DNA from: an uncultured Blautia sp.
GTDB lineage: Bacteria > Bacillota > Clostridia > Lachnospirales > Lachnospiraceae
Reading direction: 5' to 3'
Assembly: GCA_944380235.1 (NCBI GenBank)
Contig: CALWHD010000097.1
Coordinates: forward strand, 28,641 to 92,640
DNA: 64,000 bases
The position numbers and the translations under genes were made by a program. Of the stretch, positions 21,162-29,605 are shown one piece after another. Below the pieces are notes generated by a model. It was not told the origin of the DNA. It searched no databases and worked only from the letters and a program-made list of their open reading frames with translations. Each line of letters begins with the position of its first letter. Within the stretch, counting starts at the first letter, position 1.

Positions 21162-22106
21162 TTACTGAAGGTCTTCCCAGTTTGTAACAGCTCCTGTATA
21201 GATATCTTTTACCTGAGCGGAAGTAATATCGGTCAGTGGGTTTTCGTTATTTACGATAACTGCGATACCGTCTAATGCGATTTCCAGTCCTGTCAGGCCT
21301 TCAGATGTTTCAGAATCTTTCAGTTCTCTGGAAGCCATACCGATATCACATACACCGCTGATGGCAGACTCCATACCTGTTGTAGAGTCACTCTGCTGGA
21401 TCTCGATCTCTGCCCCGCTGTTAACTGCTTCGTAGCCTTCTTTTAATTTTTCCATAACCGGTGTTACAGAAGAGGAACCTGCAACAACAACCTTGCCTGA
21501 AGGTTTGCTTCCTGCATATGCTTCTGCTGCATCGTCTACTGCAATATATCCGCTCTCCTCAACGATCTGCTGTCCTTCTGCACTCATGATGTAATCGATA
21601 AAATCCTGTGCTACCTCACTCACATCATCTTTTGTAGCAATATTGAACGGACGGGAGATTTTATAAGAATCATTCTTTACATTTTCTACAGAAGCTTCTG
21701 CTCCGTCTACCTTCAGTGCTTTTACAGAGTCATCCAGAGAACCTAAGGAAATATAGCCGATTGCCTGAGGGTCCTGGGCTACATTTGTCATTACGACAGC
21801 TGTGCTGTTTGATACAGATGCATCTGCTGTTGTGTTGTCAACTTTTTCTCCGTCTGCATTTTCTTCTTCAATACCGAAAAGTTCAATGAAAGCACCTCTT
21901 GTACCTGATCCATCCTCTCTGGAGATAACAGAAATAGCTCCTGTCATTCCCTCTGCGGATGCTGTTTCTTCAGTGGAAGATTCATCAGATGCTGCCTCTG
22001 TTTCAGAAGAACCTGATGTTGTCCCTTCTGCGCTGCTGTCTCCGCATGCTGTCATTGAAAAAGCCATAACTCCCATTAATACCAGTGCTGCAATTCTTTT
22101 TTTCAT
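21162..22106 (-). CDS. pstS: Phosphate-binding lipoprotein PstS
   Basis: Lipobox MTAC, SREDGSGTR, AGSSSV, DIGMASREL, IALDGIAVIVN. Confidence 0.94.
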   Translation of the reverse strand: MKKRIAALVLMGVMAFSMTACGDSSAEGTTSGSSETEAASDESSTEETASAEGMTGAISVISREDGSGTRGAFIELFGIEEENADGEKVDNTTADASVSNSTAVVMTNVAQDPQAIGYISLGSLDDSVKALKVDGAEASVENVKNDSYKISRPFNIATKDDVSEVAQDFIDYIMSAEGQQIVEESGYIAVDDAAEAYAGSKPSGKVVVAGSSSVTPVMEKLKEGYEAVNSGAEIEIQQSDSTTGMESAISGVCDIGMASRELKDSETSEGLTGLEIALDGIAVIVNNENPLTDITSAQVKDIYTGAVTNWEDLQ

Positions 22107-22282
22107 TGTTTTTTCTCCTTATTTTCCTTTTTATAAATGTTTTGTTGTTTCCCTGTTTGTTCTGTACGCTGTTATGTACCTGTCCTGTGCCTGAAATTCG
22201 GCATTTAACATTTATACTTTACATTGCGTACTTTGTATTTTGTGCAATCCGGATTTGTTCCGGTTCGCTTTTGACAGCTCCT

Positions 22283-22412
22283 ACTATAAAATCCTTTTGT
22301 AAAATCACCAACCATAAAACAGTTAAATCTATGTAAAATCATAATTTTTCTTTGCGTTATGTCTTCTCAGTATCCATTTATCGTAAACCAATCTGTAACC
22401 TTATTGTAAACC
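22283..22412 (-). promoter_or_regulatory. pstS promoter with Pho-box-like TT(T/A)ACA direct repeats
   Basis: Minus-strand -10 TATAGT (22283-22288). Hexamers TTTACA/TTAACT/GTTACA/TTTACG at 22298, 22321, 22332, 22382, 22394 and 22405, several 11-12 bp apart, resembling Bacillus PhoP boxes. Confidence 0.6.
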
Positions 22413-22504
22413 AATATTTTTCTGATAATTTAGATAATTTTTTCTTTATATTGGTGAATTCATTACTGCCAAACCAAGATTTTGACGATAGAAATGTCAA
22501 TCAT

Positions 22505-22730
22505 TTTTCCACATTTTTCTCCCCAAATTCACATTTTATGACAAGTGTACAAAACCTTTGTTCTTTATTTCATTATGTAAATCACAAGAATCCACAGTGA
22601 ATTTTGTGGACAATGTGGATAACTTTGAGGATAACTCCACTTTTACTGCTTTTTGTGGATTTTTTCATGTGGATAACTTTGAGGATAATCTTTTCCACCT
22701 TTTCCACATTTCGACATTCATTGTGTATAT
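22505..22730. promoter_or_regulatory. DnaA-box cluster
   Basis: Perfect TGTGGATAA at 22614 and 22668; one-mismatch boxes at 22505, 22605, 22626, 22680 and 22700; weaker ones at 22588, 22654, 22691 and 22722. Confidence 0.8.
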
Positions 22731-22876
22731 TTTACAAACGTGAATATTCTGACAATTTTTCTTCCATACTTTCCCGTATTTTTCGTATTTTTTCTCCGGC
22801 GCTCTGCTTTTTTTGAATGTATTCCCATTTATGTAACCTTATCATATTTTCCTGTAAACCTTATTTCCCTGTACAC

Positions 22877-22922
22877 AAAAAGGACCCCGCAACTGCCTGC
22901 TGCAGATGCGGGGTCCTTTTTC
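22877..22922. terminator. Intrinsic terminator downstream of galK
   Basis: AAAAAGGACCCCGCA...TGCGGGGTCCTTTTT. Confidence 0.85.
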
Positions 22923-22996
22923 TTAATACCTTCACGGTATATCATCTTCTTTTATTAAATTTAACATAAACTGTAAATTGCTTTAACACAGGCTTT

Positions 22997-24277
22997 TTAC
23001 AGAACTCTGATGCCGCCCTTCTGGCGCACTTTCAGTACATGACAGGATCCTCTTCCAAAGATTTTCTCAATTGCTTTTCTGTACTCTTCCACAAATCCAT
23101 TCTCTACAAAGACCTGGATGGTTCCGGCAAAACCGCCTCCGTGCACACGGCTCACTCCGTGATTGCCCAGGATAATCTCACTTGCTCCCAGGGCAACGGA
23201 CATTGCCTGGTTCTGTACGTCTCTGTTGGTGTAAATGTTCTGCAGATATTTAAAGGAAGAATCCCCGGAAGCCTTTACAAGGTTAAGGAAATCCTGGAAT
23301 CTGCCTTCTCTCAGTGCCTGTACCTGCCCTTCCACTCTCTTCTCTTCTTCAAAGAAGTGCATAGCCCTCAATACTGCACGGTCTCCGAATACGCTCCGCA
23401 GTCCGGAAATCTGTCCGAAAAATTCTTCTTCTGTTACTTCCCGGAGGAAATCTTTCTTAAACAGTGATGCTACCTTCTTCATCTCAGCAGGAATCTGCGC
23501 ATAATCATCCGTCAGATTTGCATGGGAAGCCATGGTATCTACAATACAAAGACTGTACTGATAACCCTCAAAATCGGAAGGAACCTTTTCCACAACAGGA
23601 TTTTCCGGATCAGCAAAATCAATGTGGATCATACCACCCACAGAACATGCCATCTGATCCATCAGACCGCATGGCTTTCCAAAGTATACATTCTCCGCAA
23701 ACTGTCCCGCCTGGGCAATCACTACCGGGCTGATCTGCATATCATTAAACAGTCCGGAGATAATCGTTCCGCCGATAACTTCAAAAGCCGCAGAAGAAGA
23801 CAGACCTGCACCGATCAGTACATCACTTGTTACATAAGCATCAAAGCCGCCCAGTTTATATCCTCTTTCCTGCAGATTTGCCGCAACTCCCCGGATCAGC
23901 CCGATGGTAGTTCCTGTTTCCTCAAATCTTTCTTTCAGGTCAGTGATATCTACCTCAGCCATCTCATAGCCTTCTGACATAACCCTCATCAGGTTGGAAT
24001 CATTACGGCTTACCACTGCCAGAGCATCCAGGTTAATGGATGTAGCAAGCACCATACCATGCTGATGATCTGTATGATTCCCTCCTACTTCACTTCTTCC
24101 GGGAGCACTGTAGATCTCCACATCATTTTCCCCGAAAATCTCTTCATATCCTTTGACAGCTTTTATATACCTCTCCTGCTGATACGGAACCATGGATTCA
24201 TCAATATAGATTTCTTTCAGCAGCTGGCTGTATTTTCCCTGTGCCAGCTCTTCGCATAAAACCTTAGAATTCTTCAT
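22997..24277 (-). CDS. galK: Galactokinase (GHMP kinase)
   Basis: APGRSEVGGNHTDHQ, GAGLSSSAA, CGLMDQ, SRVHGGGFAG. Confidence 0.9.
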   Translation of the reverse strand: MKNSKVLCEELAQGKYSQLLKEIYIDESMVPYQQERYIKAVKGYEEIFGENDVEIYSAPGRSEVGGNHTDHQHGMVLATSINLDALAVVSRNDSNLMRVMSEGYEMAEVDITDLKERFEETGTTIGLIRGVAANLQERGYKLGGFDAYVTSDVLIGAGLSSSAAFEVIGGTIISGLFNDMQISPVVIAQAGQFAENVYFGKPCGLMDQMACSVGGMIHIDFADPENPVVEKVPSDFEGYQYSLCIVDTMASHANLTDDYAQIPAEMKKVASLFKKDFLREVTEEEFFGQISGLRSVFGDRAVLRAMHFFEEEKRVEGQVQALREGRFQDFLNLVKASGDSSFKYLQNIYTNRDVQNQAMSVALGASEIILGNHGVSRVHGGGFAGTIQVFVENGFVEEYRKAIEKIFGRGSCHVLKVRQKGGIRVL

Positions 24278-24374
24278 CTCTTTTTGTCCTCCTATTTTCT
24301 CTCCGGTATAAAACAGATTATTTCTCAGATATATCCATTACCAGAATACCACACCTTTCTGTATTCCGCCAGAA

Positions 24375-25646
24375 CTATCTGAATGATTCTCCTATAAGAG
24401 CAGAGGAATCTGCATTTTCTGTATTTTCTCCTTCTTCTCCCTCAGTTTCTTCCAGAAGCTGCTCAGGACTGTTGGAAACTTCGATCTCTCTTACTAATTT
24501 CAGATCCCGATCCACAAAAATCCTGATATAATTCTTTTTTGTCTCGTCCGCATACAGATAATAAGACGTACCTGTTTCCTCCTCCTCAGACTCATAGGTG
24601 CTTCCTCCCAGCCGGATCTTCATATCGTCCTCTCCCATGCCCAGTGCGATCCTGTTTCCCACGGCAATGGGCATCTTTGTCACGTCAAAATCACCTGACA
24701 CATTCGTTACCATACAGTTTTTTACAGGAATTTTGCTTTCGGCATAGTTTTTTACCACCGCGTAAAGCACCTGTCCGTCTTTCTCCAAAGTCACATATCC
24801 ATGCCGCCCTGCTTTTACAGATGTATCCGATCCCTCTTCATTGATCTTCCATCCATTTTCTTCAAAGCTTGAGACCGGAGCAGGGATCTTGTAAAAGTCT
24901 TCTCCATAAGACACTACAAAGTCCAGCGGATTTTCCGAAAAGTCCTCCGGAGATTCATATTCTGAGACTTCCCTTGGCACTTCCTCGCTGACTGTCTCTG
25001 ATTCGTCTTCGGGTTCTCTGTAATTCACAAGCACGGCGCGCTGCAGAGTCTCATTTTCCAGATCAAAAATAAAATCTGCCTCCTTATACATACCGTATTC
25101 ATAAGTAACGTAAATCTCTTCCTTTTCCTCATACTGATCCTGAGGCGTTCCATAAGCATCCAGAACATCATTGAGAACTGATTTTCCCATAGTAATGTCT
25201 CCCGGAAGCTGTATGACCTGCCCATCCTGCTCCCACTGGAGTTCTGCCTTTCCCACATAGCAGTCTTTCAAAGGTTTTTTCTCACTTTCAGGGTTCACCA
25301 TGAAGACTGTGACAAGATCATCTCCTTTCTGCAGGATTTCCCCTTCGGTGGTATAAGATTCTGCTTCCAGCTCTGTATCCTGCGTCCCGCTGCTGCTCTC
25401 CCATCCGTCTGCTTCCCATTCTCTCAGAGGAGAAGGAAGGCTCCAGACCTTTCCGTTTAAAGCAAACTGAAAATCATACAAATTCTCGGAAATCTCTATA
25501 TCGTATTCCTCTGTCTCAGAAACGGTTTCTTCGCTTTCCGGCAGCGGTATCACCTCTTCTTCCTGAGATACCTCTGTTTCTCCAAAACCGCATCCTGACA
25601 GCCCTGCAAAGATAAGCACCCCCAAAGCCCATATTTTCTTCTTCAC
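24375..25646 (-). CDS. Acidic lipoprotein of unknown function with an internal domain duplication
   Basis: GTG start after GGAGG; KKK, hydrophobic stretch and LSGC lipobox; two similar halves. Confidence 0.8.
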   Translation of the reverse strand: MKKKIWALGVLIFAGLSGCGFGETEVSQEEEVIPLPESEETVSETEEYDIEISENLYDFQFALNGKVWSLPSPLREWEADGWESSSGTQDTELEAESYTTEGEILQKGDDLVTVFMVNPESEKKPLKDCYVGKAELQWEQDGQVIQLPGDITMGKSVLNDVLDAYGTPQDQYEEKEEIYVTYEYGMYKEADFIFDLENETLQRAVLVNYREPEDESETVSEEVPREVSEYESPEDFSENPLDFVVSYGEDFYKIPAPVSSFEENGWKINEEGSDTSVKAGRHGYVTLEKDGQVLYAVVKNYAESKIPVKNCMVTNVSGDFDVTKMPIAVGNRIALGMGEDDMKIRLGGSTYESEEEETGTSYYLYADETKKNYIRIFVDRDLKLVREIEVSNSPEQLLEETEGEEGENTENADSSALIGESFR

Positions 25647-25786
25647 TTCAACACCTCCCAAAACCTGCTGCCTTACTTTCATCTTAACACAAAGCCTCTG
25701 TATTTTCCACGGCGAAAACCATACATACCCTGCTGATTTCCTCATAAACTGTAGAGAGCCCTCTAAATATAAGAAAGGACGATTTT

Positions 25787-27565
25787 TTGAAAAAGCTTCT
25801 TAAACGCAGGCAGTTTCGCCTGTGTCTCTTCCTCACACTGGCTGTCCTGGCCTTTATCTCTGTCTTTTTCGTAAAAAAACTTATCTTTGTCAGTGAAGAC
25901 CAGAAATTTGAAAAATTTACCAACAGCCTTTTTCTGAAAGAGGTCCGCGCCAACACCCTCAATCTCCACTATACTCTGGCCTATCCAGAAAACTACGGCA
26001 TCAAAGAATATCCTATAAGTCTCGGTTCTATGGATCTGGATGCCCTGGAAAACAGCCGCAGTTCTCTGGAAGCCATGCAAAAAAAGCTGAAAAAATTTTC
26101 ACCTGAAAAACTTTCCCTTCAAAATCAGATGACTTATGACATCCTTCGCCTGGAATTCTCTACACAGCTTTCCCAGGGAAATGCTCCTCTTCTGCAGGAG
26201 CCCCTCGGTCCAAATCTGGGTATCCAGGCTCAGCTCCCTGTTCTTTTGGCTGAGTATACCTTCCGAACACCCTCAGACATCAAAGATTACTTCTCTTTGC
26301 TGGCTTCTCTTCCCGAATATTTTCAGGAAATACTGGAATTTGAAAAAGAAAAATCTGCTGAAGGACTTTTTATGAGCGATACCAGCGCGGACCGTATCAT
26401 AGAACAGTGCAGTTCCTTTGTCAAAAGCCATGAGGACCACTATCTGGATTCTATGTTTCAGGAACAGATAACTGAGTTAGCAGTTCAGAAGAAAATCTCA
26501 CAAAAACAGGCCGATTCCTACATATCCATGCAGGAAAAACTCATGGAAGAATGTGTCTTTCCCGCCTATACCCGGCTGCTGGAGGGACTTTCCCAGCTGA
26601 AAGGCACGGGTAAAAATCAAAATGGTCTCTCTCATTTCCCCGGAGGAAAAGCTTATTACGAATATCTGATCCAGAGCACAGTAGGCGACTACAGCTCCCC
26701 GGAAGAGATCAGCCGGCGCCTTTACCGCCAGCTTGTCTCGGATTCTCATGAAATACTTTCTCTTCAGGAAAAAGACCCTGAGATCCTTACCAGGGCTGTC
26801 AGTGCTTCTGCTCCTGCCTCTGCCCGGCCGGAAGAAATGCTGGACTATTTAAGTTCTGCGATCCAACAGGATTTTCCGTCTCTTGACGCAGACAGCTATA
26901 CAGTAAAATATGTCCCCGAATCTATGAAGGAATTCTCCAGTCCGGCTTTTTATCTCACTCCTCCTATTGATACATTATCTCCAAATACAATCTATATCAA
27001 TCAGAGCAGTCAGATTTCCGGCACGGAATTATTTACCACCCTTGCCCACGAAGGATTTCCGGGACATCTGTACCAGACTCTCTACTATGGGAACACCCGC
27101 CCTTCCCCCATTCGCGGTCTTCTCTCCTGCAGCGGCTATATCGAAGGCTGGGCAACCTATGTAGAGTCTCTGTCCTACGGATACGGCGCAGATTTTCTCA
27201 AGATTGAGCCCGATGTGATGCGTTTCCTGTGGCTGAACCGCTCTTTAAGCCTTTGTCTGTACTCCCTTCTGGATCTGGGCATCCACGATCAGGGTTGGAC
27301 CTTTGACACAGCCTTTCAGATGCTTCAGTCCTTCGGGATCACGCAGGAAGAAACCTGCCGCGAAATCTTCCAGTACATTGTGGAAAATCCCGCCAACTAT
27401 CTGAAATATTACCTGGGATACTTAAACTTCTGCGATCTCAGGACCGAAGTACAGGAAATGCAGGGGGATGCCTTTTCCGCAAAAGATTTTCACACCACGC
27501 TCCTGACCCTGGGACCGGCGCAGTTTCCCGTGGTAAAAAAATATCTGCTGTCCTCTTATAAGTAA
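25787..27565 (+). CDS. DUF885-family putative metallopeptidase with N-terminal anchor
   Basis: SPAFYLTPP, LAHEGFPGHLYQ, EGWATY, KDFH...LGP motifs. Confidence 0.85.
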   Translation: MKKLLKRRQFRLCLFLTLAVLAFISVFFVKKLIFVSEDQKFEKFTNSLFLKEVRANTLNLHYTLAYPENYGIKEYPISLGSMDLDALENSRSSLEAMQKKLKKFSPEKLSLQNQMTYDILRLEFSTQLSQGNAPLLQEPLGPNLGIQAQLPVLLAEYTFRTPSDIKDYFSLLASLPEYFQEILEFEKEKSAEGLFMSDTSADRIIEQCSSFVKSHEDHYLDSMFQEQITELAVQKKISQKQADSYISMQEKLMEECVFPAYTRLLEGLSQLKGTGKNQNGLSHFPGGKAYYEYLIQSTVGDYSSPEEISRRLYRQLVSDSHEILSLQEKDPEILTRAVSASAPASARPEEMLDYLSSAIQQDFPSLDADSYTVKYVPESMKEFSSPAFYLTPPIDTLSPNTIYINQSSQISGTELFTTLAHEGFPGHLYQTLYYGNTRPSPIRGLLSCSGYIEGWATYVESLSYGYGADFLKIEPDVMRFLWLNRSLSLCLYSLLDLGIHDQGWTFDTAFQMLQSFGITQEETCREIFQYIVENPANYLKYYLGYLNFCDLRTEVQEMQGDAFSAKDFHTTLLTLGPAQFPVVKKYLLSSYK

Positions 27566-27613
27566 AACAGCAGGCGGTATGGCGGATCATCTGTCATACT
27601 GCCTGCTGTTTTT
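27565..27613. terminator. Bidirectional terminator between DUF885 and the fabT-like gene
   Basis: AAACAGCAGGCGGTATGGCGGA-TCA-TCTGTCATACTGCCTGCTGTTTTT. Confidence 0.75.
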
Positions 27614-28066
27614 TCGTTTAGTTTTCATTTTTTTATAAGAGTCGAAAAACTCTCTCAGGTTCATCAGCGATTTCACCAGGATGGACTGCTGCTCTTCATT
27701 CAAATCTTTCAGCACTGCCTGTATCATTCCATCATGAAATTTCATATGATGTGCGTTTGCTTTCCGTCCTTTTTCTGTGAGAGAAATGAGCACCACGCGT
27801 CTGTCCTCTTCGCTCCGCTCTCTGTGCACATACCCTTTTTTTACCAGACTGTTGACCGCTATCGTCAATGTCCCTACTGTCACAGAAAGTATCTTTGCCA
27901 CAGAAGACATATTCCGGGGCTCTTCCTCCCCTATGGCTTCAATAATATGCATATCATTAACAGAAATATCCCTGAAGTCAGAAGTGATCAGCGCTTTTCT
28001 CTCTATATCCATAATCTCCTGGAACAAATTCACCAGCACATCATGGAATACATCATATTTATCCAC
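27587..28066 (-). CDS. fabT: MarR-family regulator, FabT-like
   Basis: FRDISVNDMHIIEAIG...VTVGTLTIAVNSLVKKGYVHRERSEEDRRVV closely parallels streptococcal FabT as recalled; FabT-type palindrome upstream. Confidence 0.75.
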   Translation of the reverse strand: MDKYDVFHDVLVNLFQEIMDIERKALITSDFRDISVNDMHIIEAIGEEEPRNMSSVAKILSVTVGTLTIAVNSLVKKGYVHRERSEEDRRVVLISLTEKGRKANAHHMKFHDGMIQAVLKDLNEEQQSILVKSLMNLREFFDSYKKMKTKRKNSRQYDR

Positions 28067-28142
28067 TCAAACGCTCCTTTACTGTATTCTGTACCGATTC
28101 CAATAATTATCCATAATTCATTATATCCGATTTTGTTACCGA

Positions 28143-28170
28143 TTACAATCAAAATTTTTGATTATCAAAG
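28143..28170. promoter_or_regulatory. FabT-type operator(s)
   Basis: Palindrome TTTGATTATCAAA at 28157-28169 plus an adjacent degenerate site (minus strand TTTTGATTGTAA). Confidence 0.65.
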
Positions 28171-28261
28171 TTTTTTGTAAAATTTTGCTCTTTTTTCCAT
28201 ACAGAAAAACCGCCAAAGCATTTCTGCTCTGACGGCTTCCCATATCACTGTATTTCTGTCT

Positions 28262-28756
28262 TTATACCCCGGCAGAATGGAAAATCCTTCCCTGGTATCT
28301 GCCTAAAACTGCCGCAAATAGATTTCCCAGCACCTCGCAGGAAATAATCTCTCCGGCTCCTACTGTGACCATCAAAAATGGAATGGGCAGAGCCACGCCA
28401 TATGCATAGCGCAGCACAAAGGGCACGATGATGATGTTTGCCAGGACAGGCGGCAGCACAGCCACGATCCTGGAACATTTCCTCAGCTGCCAGGTTCCCA
28501 CTGCTCCTATCAGGGTCGCGATGCTCCCGAAAAGAATATCCGGCAAAACAGCACCGCCCGTAATATTCCCGATCAGGCAGCCCACAAACAGCCCCGGAAT
28601 CGCCGCAGGCGTGAAAATCGGCAGGACAGTCATCATTTCCGCGATACGAATCTGGATCTCCCCAAAGCTGATAGGTGCAAACACGAAAGTAAGCACAACA
28701 TACACCGCAGCGATCATAGCTGCCTGGGTGATAAAGTTCACGTTTTTAGTTCTCAT
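28262..28756 (-). CDS. queT: QueT family queuosine-precursor transporter (ECF S component)
   Basis: AAMIAAVYVVLT...PISFGEIQIRIAE, GLFVGCLIGN, DILFGS; ATG at 28756 after AAGGAG; preQ1 riboswitch upstream. Confidence 0.92.
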   Translation of the reverse strand: MRTKNVNFITQAAMIAAVYVVLTFVFAPISFGEIQIRIAEMMTVLPIFTPAAIPGLFVGCLIGNITGGAVLPDILFGSIATLIGAVGTWQLRKCSRIVAVLPPVLANIIIVPFVLRYAYGVALPIPFLMVTVGAGEIISCEVLGNLFAAVLGRYQGRIFHSAGV

Positions 28757-28765
28757 ATTCTGTTT

Positions 28766-28808
28766 CTCCTTTAGTTTTGTTTTACGTGTGGAAGGTCTCG
28801 AACACACG
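28766..28808 (-). ncRNA. PreQ1 class I riboswitch (translational)
   Basis: CGTGTG-TTCGAGACCTTC-CACACG stem-loop followed by the A-rich tail TAAAACAAAACTAAAGGAG containing the SD; directly upstream of queT. Confidence 0.85.
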
Positions 28809-28881
28809 GCACATTTTACGGCGGTGACCGCCAGAAAGCCCTGAAAAGACCTTATTTTTAACGGGCTTTGCAACAGGGCTA

Positions 28882-28910
28882 AGTATAACACGGCAGTGGC
28901 AGAAAAGCAA
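28882..28910 (-). promoter_or_regulatory. Sigma-A promoter of queT
   Basis: TTGCTT-N17-TATACT with a TGn extension. Confidence 0.6.
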
Positions 28911-28936
28911 GAAAGAATCGTGCTGCCGCAAATTAT

Positions 28937-29491
28937 TCATCCCGTCTCCCGGACACTGATCTTCCATTTTTCATACAAAGATCTGTATGCTTCTTCCACC
29001 TTTTCAAACGGCTGTACTTCATAGGAAAAAGTCGTCTTCATCACAGGTTTTGGTCTGTCTGAGACCTCCCCCAGCAAGATCCACAGATCATACCAGAGCA
29101 TATCTTTATCAATCTCCTCCACCTGCCTTTGCTCCTCCTCTGTCAGGTCGGATCCCAGATATTTCCGGTAGATCAGGCTTAAAAGACACTCCTCCAGCTT
29201 CTTGTAGCCGGAAAGATGTTTTTTAAAAGGACTCGGCACATCAGACAGATAGGCTTCGCCGGCGTCGTGAAGAAGACATGCCAGAATCACTCTTTGAGAA
29301 TATCCCCGGGCTTCTGCTTCGAGGGCACAGTTGATACAGTGCTGCCCCACTGAGAAAAAAGTCTTTACCTGTCCGTTTCCCCTGCAGATCAGAGACAGTG
29401 CGTGAGCAATATCTGAAATATGAATCTTTTCCGCCTCCGGTTCTGTAGGTACAAAATGGGTTCCCCCGTAGGTAGTAATGTAGTCTGGCAT
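28937..29491 (-). CDS. HD-domain phosphohydrolase (YfdR/5'-deoxynucleotidase-like)
   Basis: DIAHALSLICRGNG, FSVGQH, LLHDAGEAYLSDVPSP. Confidence 0.88.
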   Translation of the reverse strand: MPDYITTYGGTHFVPTEPEAEKIHISDIAHALSLICRGNGQVKTFFSVGQHCINCALEAEARGYSQRVILACLLHDAGEAYLSDVPSPFKKHLSGYKKLEECLLSLIYRKYLGSDLTEEEQRQVEEIDKDMLWYDLWILLGEVSDRPKPVMKTTFSYEVQPFEKVEEAYRSLYEKWKISVRETG

Positions 29492-29605
29492 AATCTTTGC
29501 CCCCCCTCTCTCAAACTCTCTTTCTTTTTTATACAGTATAGCATAAAAGAGGCGCCGATTTCAAAATCAGTGCCTCTTTCATTCTTCCTGTCTTCTTTTT
29601 ATTTC

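Noticed and set aside
22613-22688. 22-bp direct repeat with a 32-bp spacer as a mini-CRISPR
   Set aside because: Only two copies, each made of DnaA boxes; no cas genes.
22505-22730. DnaA-box cluster as oriC
   Set aside because: No dnaA, dnaN, rpmH or gidA context, and no switch in gene strand bias across the site; kept only as a non-origin cluster.
22085-22958. Several plus-strand Phe/Ile-rich ORFs
   Set aside because: Translations of AT-rich regulatory DNA with no RBS or protein-like composition.
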